From positions 35,493 through 99,492 of the forward strand of contig CAURNF010000002.1 of NCBI GenBank assembly GCA_963526625.1: a stretch of 64,000 nt of DNA, given 5' to 3'. The stretch comes from an uncultured Candidatus Saccharimonas sp. (GTDB lineage Bacteria; Patescibacteriota; Saccharimonadia; Saccharimonadales; Saccharimonadaceae). How positions within the stretch are numbered: the first letter of the stretch is position 1; the number at the start of each line of letters is the position of its first letter. The notes below the pieces were generated by a model. It did not search any database. It saw nothing but the letters and a program-made list of their open reading frames with translations, and had not been told where the DNA came from. Both the position numbers and the translations under genes were made by a program. Below, piece by piece: positions 39,301 to 50,174 of the stretch.

Positions 39301-39945
39301 ATGAAAGAAAAAATTATACGAATTGCACCAATTTTATTAATTATTGCGATTGCAATTCTTTCAATTATTACAGTTGTAACAATTGTTAACGCATTTATGA
39401 ATGGCGGAAATGGTTCAGACCAAGCTCAGCAAGCGAACAATGAAACTTCGAAAGAAGATAATTCGCCTTCAAGTAAAGAATTGTTAAGCGCTGATCAAAA
39501 CCGCAGTGTTAAAATGGTGGTTCGTGGGCCAATTGTTGCGCAAGAGAATTTTCGTTCTTACACGGTTGAGGTTTCACCAAAATTTCGAAAACTCACAACT
39601 TACAAGGGTTATCTTGGTGAAGTAATTAAAGAAGTTAAGCTTGATAACAATACTGAATCTTATACACAATTTGTGAATGCTTTAAATAAAGCGAATATGA
39701 TGAAAGGAACTCCTTTTAGTGGTGAGGCAGATGATTTAGCTGGTGTTTGTGCTACTGGTCATCTTTATGATTTCTCAATGCTAAAAGATGATAAAACTGA
39801 AAAACACCTCTGGACTTCAACTTGCTCGGGTTCAAAAGGTTCACTTATTGCAAATACAAAACAATTACAAAATTTGTTCATTGCGCAAGTTCCTGGGCAT
39901 GAGCAAATCGTTCGCGATCTTGGAATAAATGAAGTTAAACGCTAA
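39301..39945 (+). CDS. Hypothetical exported/membrane-anchored protein
   Basis: N-terminal TM; VRGPIVAQENF; CATG...WTSTC..SKGS. Confidence 0.75.
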   Translation: MKEKIIRIAPILLIIAIAILSIITVVTIVNAFMNGGNGSDQAQQANNETSKEDNSPSSKELLSADQNRSVKMVVRGPIVAQENFRSYTVEVSPKFRKLTTYKGYLGEVIKEVKLDNNTESYTQFVNALNKANMMKGTPFSGEADDLAGVCATGHLYDFSMLKDDKTEKHLWTSTCSGSKGSLIANTKQLQNLFIAQVPGHEQIVRDLGINEVKR

Positions 39946-40363
39946 AGTTTTAATTTTTGATTGCTTCGGAGTGCTGGTTTCTCGCCAGCCTTCTTCGGAG
40001 CATCTTTTTGAGTATGCTTGGCAAAAGGATCAAAATTTGTTGAATTTTATTCGAGAAAATAAAGTTAAAGGTTCAAAAATTGGCGTTTTATCTAATGTCG
40101 CACAATATCAATTTAATCAGCTTTTTTCGAAAGAGGAACAGGAGGAACTCTTTGATTTCTTGGTACTTTCGGGTGAGGTTGGTTTTTTGAAACCTTCAAA
40201 AGAGATTTTTGAAATTGCAATTGATAAAAATGAGGCTTGTTTAAATGAAATTTACTTTTTTGATGATTCTTTGCAGAATGTTGAAGCCGCTAAGAAACTT
40301 GGAATAAACGCATTTTTATATCAAAATTGGAATGAATTTTCGAAAGAATTTAAGGAGGAATAA
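39929..40363 (+). CDS. HAD-superfamily hydrolase
   Basis: FDCFGVL, LSN, KP..EIF, FFDDS..NVEAA..LG. Confidence 0.85.
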   Translation: MKLNAKVLIFDCFGVLVSRQPSSEHLFEYAWQKDQNLLNFIRENKVKGSKIGVLSNVAQYQFNQLFSKEEQEELFDFLVLSGEVGFLKPSKEIFEIAIDKNEACLNEIYFFDDSLQNVEAAKKLGINAFLYQNWNEFSKEFKEE

Positions 40364-41244
40364 TGCCAGAATTACCAGAAGTTGAAACAGTTGTAAGAGG
40401 CTTGAATCGACTAATTTTAAAAAAGAAAATTGCGAAAGTTAAACACGATTGGCCTAAAAGTTTTCCGAATGCTGAAAGAGATGTTCAGGATTTTATGATT
40501 GGTGCTGAAATTTCGAATGTTCGCCGCCGTGGAAAAGCTATAATTATTGAACTAGAGAATGGTTGGTCGCTTGTAACGCACCTTCGAATGACAGGGCAAA
40601 TGGTTTATCGTGGCGAAGAAAACTGGGGCGCAGGGCATCCTAATGAGGATTTTTTGAATGATCTACCGAATAAATCGACACGAGTTGAGATTGATTTTGA
40701 AGATGAAACCAAATTATTTTTTAATGACCAGCGAAAATTTGGCTATATGAAACTACTACCAATACCAGAAATTGAAAATTTGCCATTTTTTCAAAAGCTT
40801 GGTCCTGAACCTCTTGAAGATAATTTTACGGTTGAAATTTTAAAAAATCGTCTTTCGAAAAAACAAAATAGTATGATAAAGCCTGCGATTTTGGAGCAAA
40901 GTGTTATTGCCGGTGTTGGAAATATTTATGCTGACGAGGCTTTGTGGCGAGCAAAAATTCACCCTGAAACCAGAATTAAAGATTTTTCGAACGAAGATTT
41001 TGTGAATTTGCATGAGGCAATTCGTTTTGTGATGAATGAATCGATTAAAAGAGGTGGCTCAACCGACCGAAATTATGTTAATGCAGATGGCTCACGCGGA
41101 AATTATTTAAATTATGCCGCCGTTTATCATAAAGATGGCGAGCCTTGCAAGCGCTGTGGAACAGAAATCTCAAAAATTCGTGTTGGTGGTAGAGGAACAC
41201 ATTTTTGCGCAAATTGCCAAAAAATTAAAGGTAGTGAAAACTGA
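40363..41244 (+). CDS. mutM: Formamidopyrimidine-DNA glycosylase
   Basis: MPELPEVET, HLRMTG, GVGNIYADE, CKRC..CANCQ zinc finger. Confidence 0.96.
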   Translation: MPELPEVETVVRGLNRLILKKKIAKVKHDWPKSFPNAERDVQDFMIGAEISNVRRRGKAIIIELENGWSLVTHLRMTGQMVYRGEENWGAGHPNEDFLNDLPNKSTRVEIDFEDETKLFFNDQRKFGYMKLLPIPEIENLPFFQKLGPEPLEDNFTVEILKNRLSKKQNSMIKPAILEQSVIAGVGNIYADEALWRAKIHPETRIKDFSNEDFVNLHEAIRFVMNESIKRGGSTDRNYVNADGSRGNYLNYAAVYHKDGEPCKRCGTEISKIRVGGRGTHFCANCQKIKGSEN

Positions 41245-42200
41245 TGATTGGTGGAAAAATAACAATTCTATATGGCGACAACTCTTATGAACGCACTGCT
41301 CAACTTGCTAAAATGAAGATCGATGCTGAAAAATCTGGTTTTGAAATTCAAAAAAGTAACTCCGATGAGCTTTCGAAGAGTGATTTTGTGAGTTTAATTT
41401 GTGGCGTTAGTTTGTTATCTGAAAAACGTTTTGTTTATATCCGAAATTTGAGCGAAAACTCAGAAATTTGGCAGAATTTATCTGAAATTTTACCAAGAAT
41501 TTCAACCGATGTTCATCTTTGCTTGGTTGAAGATAAAATTGATAAGCGCTCAGTTGTTTATAAGGCGATTTCGAAAATTATTGAATTATACGAATTTAAG
41601 AATTTAACCGCAAGAGATTCGAAAAATTTGGCAGAGTTTGCACGAATTTTTGCAAAAAAACAAGGTTTGTCGCTTGATAATAAAATAGCGAGTTTTTTGA
41701 TTTCTTGGGTTGGTGTTGATGAATGGCGAATACGTGATGCAATCGAAAAAATAGCGTTAATTGGCGAGGCTAATGAACAAAATATTCGTGAATTTGTTCC
41801 GCAGAATATTGAGAGTAATGCATTTGCAATTATTGAAATGATGTTTTTGGGCGATATTTTGAAATTACAAGAGGAGTTTTCGAAATTAAAAATTACAGAT
41901 GGCGAAGATGGAGCTTTTCGCTTTTTAGGAATGATTTCAACACAAATTTTTAATTTAGTAGTCTTAAAAATCGGTAAAAATATCGGGAAAACTACGGCAG
42001 AAATTGCTAAAGAAATTGGTGCGAATACTTGGGCTTTAGGAAAAATGGAGAATTTTGTGCAAAATCTGAGCGAAAGCCAACTTGCTGAGATTGTTTCGAA
42101 ATTCACACAGGTAGATGAAATTATTAAAACTGAAAGTGTTGATCCTTGGAATTTAGTTGAGTCAACAATTCTTGAAATTGCTAGCAAATTAAAGAGTTAA
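41244..42200 (+). CDS. holA: DNA polymerase III delta subunit
   Basis: ITILYG, SLLSEKRFV, IDKRS, IEKIAL and C-terminal collar pattern. Confidence 0.75.
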   Translation: MIGGKITILYGDNSYERTAQLAKMKIDAEKSGFEIQKSNSDELSKSDFVSLICGVSLLSEKRFVYIRNLSENSEIWQNLSEILPRISTDVHLCLVEDKIDKRSVVYKAISKIIELYEFKNLTARDSKNLAEFARIFAKKQGLSLDNKIASFLISWVGVDEWRIRDAIEKIALIGEANEQNIREFVPQNIESNAFAIIEMMFLGDILKLQEEFSKLKITDGEDGAFRFLGMISTQIFNLVVLKIGKNIGKTTAEIAKEIGANTWALGKMENFVQNLSESQLAEIVSKFTQVDEIIKTESVDPWNLVESTILEIASKLKS

Positions 42201-42246
42201 AAATAGTTTTCGAAAAAACGTTTTTGTGATATAATATAAATTGATT

Positions 42247-44511
42247 ATGGCTAAAAAACAAGTAAAATCAACAAAAGGTAAATCTAAAAAAGTTTCAGCT
42301 CCAAAACAAAGTGTTTTGCCGGCTGGTTTCTGGGCACAGGTTGGCGCAGTTATTTTGATTGCTTTTTCACTTTTTCTTATTTTAAGTTGGTTTGGTGCTG
42401 GTGGTTCAGCATTGGTTGCAATTCATAAAGCATTTCTTGGGCTTATGGGCTGGGCAACTTTCTTTTTACCAGCAGTTTTGATTTTTATTGCTGTTGAAAT
42501 CTTTCGTGATGAGCAAAATCGATTTCCAATTTTAAATACTTTTGGTCTAATTCTAATTTTAATTTGGCTAAGTGGATTTTTTGGTTTATTTAAAACTTCA
42601 GCTGGTGTTCATTACGGAGGTTGGAGCGGAGAAGTTTCGAATAAAATTATGCTAGCAATGGTTAATTCAATGGTGGCAGCAATTATTTATCTTTTGTTAA
42701 TTTCAATTACGCTTCTTTCGATTTTAAGAGTTTCACCAATCGTGGTGATTAAAAAGATTGGCGAGATGCTTAAAACTAGCGATTTTGCCAATGAATCTAA
42801 AAATGCCAAGGTTTTCGAAAAAGCTAAAGAATCAATGCTGTTGAAAAAAGTTAACGATTCTGCTGAAGAAAAACCAGAAATTAAGTTAAATGCTGGCGTT
42901 GCAGTATTAGATAAAAAATCACAAGAAAAAGACGAGCCAAAAGAGAAAAAAGGCTTGATGCGAATTTCAAAGAAGCTAGAGAAGGTTTCGAAAGAAGAAA
43001 CCAAAAAACCAGAAAATACTGGGCATATTTTTGATGATTCAAAATGGAAGGCACCAGATTTTAGTTTACTTGAGCAATCGCAAGCTCCTGCCGATGCTGG
43101 TGATGTTGAACAAAATGCACGCACAATTAAAAATACTTTGAGTGAATTTAATATTGAAGTTGAAATGGAAGCTGCAAATATTGGCCCAAGAGTAACTCAA
43201 TATACTTTAGTTCCGCAAAGTGGCGTTAAATTAAGCAGAATTGAAAATCTTAGTGATAATATCGCTCTAAATTTGGCGGCTGAAGCGATTCGTGTTGAAG
43301 CTCCAATTCCAGGAAAGCGTGCAGTTGGTATTGAAATTCCAAATTTGAAGTCGGCTGATGTGCGGCTTTATGGTGTTCTAGATTCAAAGGAATGGAAAAA
43401 CTCACACGACCCATTAACTTTTGCAATAGGTAAAGATATTTCTGGCCATCCAGTTGTTGGAAATTTGGCAAAAATGCCACATCTTTTGATTGCTGGTCAA
43501 ACTGGTTCAGGAAAATCTGTAATGATGAACGCACTTTTAACGAGCTTGCTTTATCGCCATTCACCAAGCGAATTGAAGTTAATTATGGTTGATCCAAAAG
43601 TTGTAGAAATGACTGCTTATGAAGATATTCCACACCTTTTAACGCCAATTATTAATGATTCCGAAAAAGCGCTCTCAGCTCTTCGCTGGGCAGTGAATGA
43701 AATGGAGCGGCGCTATCGTGTTTTAGCTGATGAAAAAATTAAAGAAATCAAGAGCTACAATAAGCATGTAATTTCGAAAAACGAAAAAATCAAGAAGAAT
43801 ACACCAGAAGGGGAAGAGCCAAAACTTCTTGAGCCTTTGCCGTATATCGTAATTGTGGTTGATGAGCTCGCTGACTTGATGATGGCAGCATCAAAAGATG
43901 TTGAAGCTATGATTGTGAGAATTGCTCAAAAAGCACGCGCAGTTGGAATTCATCTTGTTCTTGCAACTCAAAAACCAGTTGTTAGCGTTGTGACAGGCTT
44001 GATTAAGGGTAATGTTCCGAGTCGAATTGCTTTTAAAGTTGCGGCAAATGGTGATTCTCGAACAATTCTTGATCGTGGCGGTGCTGAAAAACTCCTTGGT
44101 TATGGTGATATGCTTTTCTATATGAATGGAGCTTCTAATTTAAAGCGTGTTCAGGGAGCTTGGGTAACCGATGAGGAGGTTTTGCGAGTAACTAATTTTA
44201 TCCGTTCGCAAGGTCCGCCACAATATAATGACGAAGTTATTTCGCAGCCAGTTCAGACGCCAAACTCAATGGGCGGTATTGTGATGAATGGCGGTAGCTC
44301 TTCGGCTGATGAAACTTTCGAAACAGCTGTGAAAATTGTAATTGAAGCACGAAAAGCTTCAACTAGCTATTTGCAACGTAGGCTCGGAATTGGTTATAGT
44401 CGTGCTGCAAAATTGATCGATGATATGGAAGATAAAGGAATTGTCGGTCCGCCAAACGGTTCAAAGCCTCGCGAGGTTTTAGTTTCGAGCTATGAAGAAA
44501 TCGGTGAATAA
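42247..44511 (+). CDS. ftsK: DNA translocase FtsK/SpoIIIE
   Basis: N-terminal TMs, MPHLLIAGQTGSGKS, VDELADLMM, STSYLQRRLGIGYSRAA gamma domain. Confidence 0.96.
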   Translation: MAKKQVKSTKGKSKKVSAPKQSVLPAGFWAQVGAVILIAFSLFLILSWFGAGGSALVAIHKAFLGLMGWATFFLPAVLIFIAVEIFRDEQNRFPILNTFGLILILIWLSGFFGLFKTSAGVHYGGWSGEVSNKIMLAMVNSMVAAIIYLLLISITLLSILRVSPIVVIKKIGEMLKTSDFANESKNAKVFEKAKESMLLKKVNDSAEEKPEIKLNAGVAVLDKKSQEKDEPKEKKGLMRISKKLEKVSKEETKKPENTGHIFDDSKWKAPDFSLLEQSQAPADAGDVEQNARTIKNTLSEFNIEVEMEAANIGPRVTQYTLVPQSGVKLSRIENLSDNIALNLAAEAIRVEAPIPGKRAVGIEIPNLKSADVRLYGVLDSKEWKNSHDPLTFAIGKDISGHPVVGNLAKMPHLLIAGQTGSGKSVMMNALLTSLLYRHSPSELKLIMVDPKVVEMTAYEDIPHLLTPIINDSEKALSALRWAVNEMERRYRVLADEKIKEIKSYNKHVISKNEKIKKNTPEGEEPKLLEPLPYIVIVVDELADLMMAASKDVEAMIVRIAQKARAVGIHLVLATQKPVVSVVTGLIKGNVPSRIAFKVAANGDSRTILDRGGAEKLLGYGDMLFYMNGASNLKRVQGAWVTDEEVLRVTNFIRSQGPPQYNDEVISQPVQTPNSMGGIVMNGGSSSADETFETAVKIVIEARKASTSYLQRRLGIGYSRAAKLIDDMEDKGIVGPPNGSKPREVLVSSYEEIGE

Positions 44512-44624
44512 TTTTGCCGATTTTTTTATTTTCTAATAATGTTTTTAATAGATTCTTAAAATTAAAGAAATATTGGAGTTTTATTGATTTTTTTCTCTAA
44601 AAATGATATAATTTAAAAGAATAT

Positions 44625-44667
44625 TAGCTCAGCTTATTTGAAAGAATAGGCTTTAACCAAAGGAGTA
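44625..44667 (+). promoter_or_regulatory. Probable S6:S18 ribosomal-protein leader
   Basis: GCTC...GAGT outer pairing with the SD, inner hairpin AGCTTATT-TGAAAG-AATAGGCT, and unpaired CCA just 5' of SD AGGAG. This fits the known S6:S18 CCR motif. Confidence 0.55.
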
Positions 44668-44670
44668 AAA

Positions 44671-44982
44671 ATGAAGGATTACGAACTTACAGTTCTTGTT
44701 CATCCAGACTTCGAAAGCGATCTTGAAAAAGTGCTTGATAAGGTTCGAAGTTTGATTACTGCTAACGGCGGTGAGGTTGCAAAAGAAGACAACTGGGGTA
44801 AGAAAAAACTTGCTTACACTATTAAAGGTCAGGATTTTGCAATTTATGTTGCAATGGATGTTAAACTTCCAGCTGCTGCACCTCTAAAAATCAGTAATAC
44901 TTTGAACATTACCGACGAAGTTTTGCGATATCTGCTTGTTAAAGCAGAAGCGCGACCAGTTGTAGAATCAGAAGAAAAATAA
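44671..44982 (+). CDS. rpsF: 30S ribosomal protein S6
   Basis: YELTVLVHP, WGKKKLAYTIK, VLRYLLVK. Confidence 0.96.
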   Translation: MKDYELTVLVHPDFESDLEKVLDKVRSLITANGGEVAKEDNWGKKKLAYTIKGQDFAIYVAMDVKLPAAAPLKISNTLNITDEVLRYLLVKAEARPVVESEEK

Positions 44983-45007
44983 TTTAAGAATAGGATAGAA
45001 GATAGTT

Positions 45008-45439
45008 ATGGCTTTTAACAAAGTAATTTTGATGGGAAACTTAACTGCAGACCCAGAACTTCGAACAACTCCAAACGGCCAAAATCTTGCAAGTTTCACT
45101 CTTGCTATCAACCGAACTTGGAATAGCACTAACGGTGAACGCCAAGAAGAAACCAGCTTTATTAACTGTACTGCTTGGGGTAAAACTGGCGAAACAATTT
45201 CGAAATATGTTTCGAAAGGTCGCCAATTGCTAGTGAGCGGTCGTTTACAACAACGAACTTGGCAAGATAAAGATACTGGCAAAAACCGAAGTGCGATTGA
45301 TGTTGTGGTTGAAGAGTTTAGCTTTGTGAGTGATGGAAATCGCAGTGGAAGCGCACCTTCAGCACAAAAAAATGAAGAGCCAACTATCGGCGATGACTTT
45401 TCGGATGAGCCAATCGACCTATCCGATATTCCATTCTAA
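45008..45439 (+). CDS. ssb: Single-stranded DNA-binding protein
   Basis: NKVILMGNLTADPELRTT, C-terminal DIPF. Confidence 0.97.
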   Translation: MAFNKVILMGNLTADPELRTTPNGQNLASFTLAINRTWNSTNGERQEETSFINCTAWGKTGETISKYVSKGRQLLVSGRLQQRTWQDKDTGKNRSAIDVVVEEFSFVSDGNRSGSAPSAQKNEEPTIGDDFSDEPIDLSDIPF

Positions 45440-45456
45440 TTTAATTAAGGAGTAAA

Positions 45457-45657
45457 ATGGCTAAACGATTTAAACGAGAAATCCCAGCGTATTTTGATTA
45501 CCGAGATGTTAAAACTTTGCAAAAATTTGTTAACATTTATGGTCAAATTGAGCCAGCTACAAAAACTGGTTTGAGCGCTAAACAACAACGACAATTGACA
45601 GTTGCTATCAAACGAGCTCGTCATTTGGCGTTGCTAGCATTCGTAACAAATGCTTAA
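45457..45657 (+). CDS. rpsR: 30S ribosomal protein S18
   Basis: [29 protein letters not shown]. Confidence 0.95.
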   Translation: MAKRFKREIPAYFDYRDVKTLQKFVNIYGQIEPATKTGLSAKQQRQLTVAIKRARHLALLAFVTNA

Positions 45658-45729
45658 TTGATTTTCGAATCTTCCTTGCTCAAAACTGGGTAGGGGAGAT
45701 TTATTTTTTAAAATAATTTAAGGAGGAAA

Positions 45730-46290
45730 ATGTATCAGCCAACTGATTTAAAAAAAGGTGTAGTTTTTCAGCTTAATGGTCAGCCATATCGAGTGGTTGA
45801 ATATAACCAAAAAGTTGTTGGTCGCGGTGGAAGCATCGTAAGTTTAAAAATTAAGAACCTTATTACGGGAGCTTTATTGCCAAAAACTTTTAAGGGCCAA
45901 GATAAAGTTGAACCAGCAGAGGTCTCGAATAAAAAAGTTCAATATCTCTATAATGATGGTGAAGATTTTCATTTTATGGACCCAGAGACTTTTGAACAAT
46001 TTCAGCTTTCGAAGGAAATTATTGATGAAGCTGCCGGATATTTGAAAGAAGCGGAAGAACTAAATCTTCAATTCTTTGATGAAAAAGTTATTAATGTTGA
46101 GTTACCAAAAAATGTTTGGTTAAAAGTTATTTATACCGAAAATGTGGTAAAGGGTGATACGACTTCAAGCGTTTTGAAAGATGCTGAACTTGAAACTGGA
46201 ATTACAGTTAAAGTACCTGCCTTTATTAAGGAGAATGATGTTATCTCTGTTGATACTTCAACGGGTGAATACCGAGAACGTCAAAAATAA
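45730..46290 (+). CDS. efp: Elongation factor P
   Basis: QYLY.DG..FHFMDPETFEQ, KGDT, LETG..VKVPAFI, TSTGEYRER. Confidence 0.95.
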   Translation: MYQPTDLKKGVVFQLNGQPYRVVEYNQKVVGRGGSIVSLKIKNLITGALLPKTFKGQDKVEPAEVSNKKVQYLYNDGEDFHFMDPETFEQFQLSKEIIDEAAGYLKEAEELNLQFFDEKVINVELPKNVWLKVIYTENVVKGDTTSSVLKDAELETGITVKVPAFIKENDVISVDTSTGEYRERQK

Positions 46291-46411
46291 TTAAGGTTAT
46301 TATTAAGAAATAAGCTGGAATTTTAAGAACTAGCTTATTTTTTATTGTATAAAAAAATTGAACAATAAGCTTGTATATATTTTTAAGATGAAATGTGGTA
46401 TAATATACAAT

Positions 46412-47134
46412 GTGAAAACTAGACTAGATATTTTATTAACTCAAAGAAAAATAGTTGATAGTCGTTCTCAGGCTGAGGGCTATATTAAACTGGGCAAAGT
46501 TTTTGTTGATGGCATAAAAAGGACTAAGCCTGGATTTTTTACTGATATTGATTCGGAAATAAAACTTCTTCAAGAGGTTCAATATGTCTCAAGAGCAGGC
46601 CTCAAGCTTGAAAGTGTTGCAAAAAAAATGAAAATTAACTTTAAAGATAAAGTTATCTTAGATGTTGGTTCAAGTACTGGTGGATTTACGGATTATTCAT
46701 TGAGAAATGGTGCAAAAAAAGTTATTGCTGTCGATGTTGGTACAAACCAGCTTCATCCAAAATTAAGAGTGGATAAAAAAGTTGAACTTCATGAAAAAAC
46801 AGATATAAGAGTTTTTAACACGAGTCAAAAAATTGATTTAGTTGTTATTGATGTTAGTTTTATATCTATAAAAGAAATTTTACCAAGTGTTACAAAATTA
46901 TCTAATAAAGACACGCTAATAATTGCAATGGTTAAGCCGCAATTCGAAGCAGGTAAAAATAGAACTACTAACGGTATCGTCAAAAATAATTCATACCGAA
47001 GAGGAATACTTCAAGAATTTGAAAATTGGTGTCGTATAAATAATTTATACATAAAAAATAAAAGAGATAGTGGAGTAAAAGGCTCTAAGGGTAATCAAGA
47101 GAGATTCTATATTCTGAAAGTATTGAATAAATAA
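46412..47134 (+). CDS. tlyA: TlyA-family rRNA 2'-O-methyltransferase
   Basis: S4-like RLDILL..SRSQA, YVSRAGLKL, LDVGSSTGGFTD, DVSFIS, KPQFE, GNQE. GTG start. Confidence 0.92.
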   Translation: MKTRLDILLTQRKIVDSRSQAEGYIKLGKVFVDGIKRTKPGFFTDIDSEIKLLQEVQYVSRAGLKLESVAKKMKINFKDKVILDVGSSTGGFTDYSLRNGAKKVIAVDVGTNQLHPKLRVDKKVELHEKTDIRVFNTSQKIDLVVIDVSFISIKEILPSVTKLSNKDTLIIAMVKPQFEAGKNRTTNGIVKNNSYRRGILQEFENWCRINNLYIKNKRDSGVKGSKGNQERFYILKVLNK

Positions 47135-47182
47135 TTTATACAAAATAAAAACCGCAAAACATTATATGCGGTTTTTATTATC

Positions 47183-48259
47183 TTAAACGTTAAACCTAAA
47201 TTCAACAACATCATTTGGTGACATAATATATTCTTTGCCTTCAGTTCTAATTTTCCCGCGATTCTTTGCTTCAAGCTCACTGCCAGCTTCAATTAAATCA
47301 TTAAAGTCGATAACTTGCGCAGCAATAAAACCTCTTTCGAAATCTGTATGAATTACTCCTGCAGCTTGTGGAGCTGTCCACCCTTTCTTGATTGTCCAGG
47401 CATGGACTTCTTTTGGTCCTGCTGTCATATAACTTTGCAGACCAAGCGTGTCATAGGCAGCATGGATCATCTGGTTCAAGCCAGTTTCTTGAACTCCGTA
47501 GCTTTCGAGTAAATCTTTTGAATCTTCCTCACTTAAACCTTTTAGCTCTTCCTCTAACTTGGCGCATACAAATATTGACTTTGCAGGAAGAACCATTTTC
47601 GAAAGTTCTTCTTTTTTAGCTCCATCGGTTAAAGTATTTTCATCAACATTGAACACATAAATTACGGGCTTTGCAGTTAATAAATGTAAATCTTGAATTG
47701 CTTCGTAATCTAAATCTTCTATTGAAGAGAGAAGAACTCCAGCTTGAAGTTGTTCAACTAATTTGTTCAAGTATTCAGCTTGTTTTCGAAGAGCTGGTTT
47801 TGCTTTTGCTTCTTTTTGGAGTTTTGGCAAGCGGTTTTCAATAGTTTGAATATCTGCTAAAATTAACTCAGTATTAATAACCTCAATATCATTTTTTGGG
47901 TTAACTTCATTCGAAACATGAACAATATCATTATTCACGAAAGCTCGAACGATATGAACAATTGCGTCACATTGGCGAATATTTGCGAGAAATTTATTAC
48001 CCAAACCTTCACCTTTCGAAGCTCCCGCAACTAGCCCAGCAATATCAACAAAAGTTACTGTTGCCGGAATAATTTTTTGCGATCCATAAATTTCAGCTAA
48101 TTTATTTAAGCGTGAATCTGGCACTGGCACAATTCCAGTATTTGGCTCAATTGTTGCAAAAGGGTAATTTGCTGCTAAAATATCATTATTAGTTAGTGCG
48201 TTAAATAGTGTTGATTTACCAACGTTTGGTAGTCCAACAATTCCAATTGATAAACTCAT
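47183..48259 (-). CDS. ychF: Ribosome-binding ATPase YchF
   Basis: [52 protein letters not shown]. Confidence 0.97.
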   Translation of the reverse strand: MSLSIGIVGLPNVGKSTLFNALTNNDILAANYPFATIEPNTGIVPVPDSRLNKLAEIYGSQKIIPATVTFVDIAGLVAGASKGEGLGNKFLANIRQCDAIVHIVRAFVNNDIVHVSNEVNPKNDIEVINTELILADIQTIENRLPKLQKEAKAKPALRKQAEYLNKLVEQLQAGVLLSSIEDLDYEAIQDLHLLTAKPVIYVFNVDENTLTDGAKKEELSKMVLPAKSIFVCAKLEEELKGLSEEDSKDLLESYGVQETGLNQMIHAAYDTLGLQSYMTAGPKEVHAWTIKKGWTAPQAAGVIHTDFERGFIAAQVIDFNDLIEAGSELEAKNRGKIRTEGKEYIMSPNDVVEFRFNV

Positions 48260-48357
48260 AAAATCTCCTTTTAATGTCTTTTTATTTTAACATAAAAGTT
48301 TGTAAAATAAAAATAAAAAGCTTGATTTTTTAATTACGTTTATGTTAAAATAGAGGC

Positions 48358-49407
48358 ATGATTAATATTAAAGGTGTGGGCGATTTCTTCTCGTTAGATA
48401 TTGGAACAAATGCGATTCGTGCTGTCCAACTTTCGAAAGCTGGAGAGAATTCTTGGAATTTGGTTGGTCTTGGTTATACACCAGTCGACCCTCAGTTAGT
48501 TTTAAGTAATTCTGATGAAAGCCGTCGTCGTTTGGGAGAAATTATCTCAACAATGATCGGGCAGAGTGATATTAAAACAAAAAATGTAGCGATTAGTCTT
48601 ACGTCCCAGAAGACATTCACGACAATTTTCGAAGTACCAAAGCAGGACATGCGAGAATTACAAAAAAACATAAAATATCAAGTTGACCAGTATATTCCAA
48701 TGGCGGTTGATGACGCTCAAGTCGACTGGGCTCTTCTTGGAGAATCTCCTTCCAACCCTGATTCATTGGAGATCTTACTTGCAAGTACGGCTAAAACTTA
48801 TAGCGAAGAAAAGATGGAATTTATTGAAGGTCTAGGCTTGAATGTAGTTGCGAGCGAACCTGATTCTTTAGCAATGACTCGTGCTTTATTTATGCCTGAC
48901 CAATCCGATCAGGCTCAGCTAATTATTGATATGGGCGAGCTTTCTACTGACTTATCTATTGTGTATCAAGGTGCTCCAAGGCTTGTTCGTACAATTCCTA
49001 CTGGAATATCAAGCTTGGTTAAATCTGCTACTCAAAATTTGAATATTAAAGAAGATCAAGCTCGACAATTTATTATGAAATTCGGTTTAGCTCAAGATAA
49101 ACTAGAGGGCCAAGTCTTTAGAGCTATTGAAATGACTCTTGAGAATTTCGTTCAAGAAATCGCTAAATCAATAAAATTTTTAGGAACAAAATACCAAAAT
49201 ACTCAAGTTGGGGTAATTTCACTTTCAGGATTTTCTGGAATTATTCCACAAATGCCAGAATATGTTTCTTCGAAAACTGGAATTCAGTCTTATTCTGCAA
49301 ATCCTTTCCAAAATGTTAATGTTCCCACAAAATATCAACAGCAGGTTGCAAGTGTTGGAAATGAATTTGCGGTCGCTGTCGGTTTAGCTGAAAGGAGTAA
49401 TAAATAA
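48358..49407 (+). CDS. pilM: Type IV pilus assembly protein PilM
   Basis: Actin-like SLDIGT..IRAVQL, QYIPM, IIDMG...T, FAVAVGLA. First gene of the T4P operon. Confidence 0.88.
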   Translation: MINIKGVGDFFSLDIGTNAIRAVQLSKAGENSWNLVGLGYTPVDPQLVLSNSDESRRRLGEIISTMIGQSDIKTKNVAISLTSQKTFTTIFEVPKQDMRELQKNIKYQVDQYIPMAVDDAQVDWALLGESPSNPDSLEILLASTAKTYSEEKMEFIEGLGLNVVASEPDSLAMTRALFMPDQSDQAQLIIDMGELSTDLSIVYQGAPRLVRTIPTGISSLVKSATQNLNIKEDQARQFIMKFGLAQDKLEGQVFRAIEMTLENFVQEIAKSIKFLGTKYQNTQVGVISLSGFSGIIPQMPEYVSSKTGIQSYSANPFQNVNVPTKYQQQVASVGNEFAVAVGLAERSNK

Positions 49408-50174
49408 TGATTGAAATTAACCTTTTGCCAGATGTTAAACGCGATCTTATTAAAGCTCAGCAACTTCGAAATATAGTTACTTTCGTATCTATAATCATTG
49501 GTGGTGCGATGCTTGCGGGAGTAGTTTTATTGTTCTTGACAACTCAAGGTCAGCAATTTGTTATGGGTTTAAAAACCAATGAGATTTCAGACAAATTTGC
49601 TGATATGCAAAAAATTAAAGATGGGGAAACGGCGGCTACTCTTCGAAATCAGCTTAATGCAATTCAAAAAATTAGAAATGCTTCACCAGATACTTCACGA
49701 TTGATCGGAACAATTCTACCGGCAATTCAGACTACTGGTGAAAACGCTGTTCAGTTTTCTTCAGTGAATTACGACCCCGAAACTCGAATCGTTTCAATTG
49801 AAGGTCAAGCAAGTAATGGTTTTCCAGCCCTTGAAGCTTTTATTAAAACGATTAAATATTCACAAATTATTTATGATGGTGAAGGCTCTCAATGTAAAGC
49901 TAGTGAAGTCGAAAAAGATGCTAATATCTGTATGCTTGCTGATGAAGGGTCAGTTGTTCGAAATGAAAGTTCGCTTGGAGCTAATGAACAAGGCCAAAAT
50001 GTTTTGCGTTTCACTGTTAGCTTTAAATTGAACGAAGCAGCTTTGAAATTTTCTTCGAAAAACTTTGCGGTAAAAGCTCTTGGTCGAAAGAATGTAACAG
50101 ACTCAACTATTCAGGTTCCTGCTGGAATTTTTACTCAAAATTCAAAAAAAGATTCTGAAAAGGAGAATAAATAA
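49407..50174 (+). CDS. pilN: PilN-like type IV pilus alignment protein
   Basis: N-terminal IEINLLP motif followed by a TM helix. Follows pilM. Confidence 0.75.
   Translation: MIEINLLPDVKRDLIKAQQLRNIVTFVSIIIGGAMLAGVVLLFLTTQGQQFVMGLKTNEISDKFADMQKIKDGETAATLRNQLNAIQKIRNASPDTSRLIGTILPAIQTTGENAVQFSSVNYDPETRIVSIEGQASNGFPALEAFIKTIKYSQIIYDGEGSQCKASEVEKDANICMLADEGSVVRNESSLGANEQGQNVLRFTVSFKLNEAALKFSSKNFAVKALGRKNVTDSTIQVPAGIFTQNSKKDSEKENK

Noticed and set aside
41558..42187. Long antisense or alternate-frame ORFs (also 56482-57207, 42687-43124, 32645-33148, 13280-13774)
   Set aside because: Shadows of well-supported genes, with no start signals or recognisable motifs.
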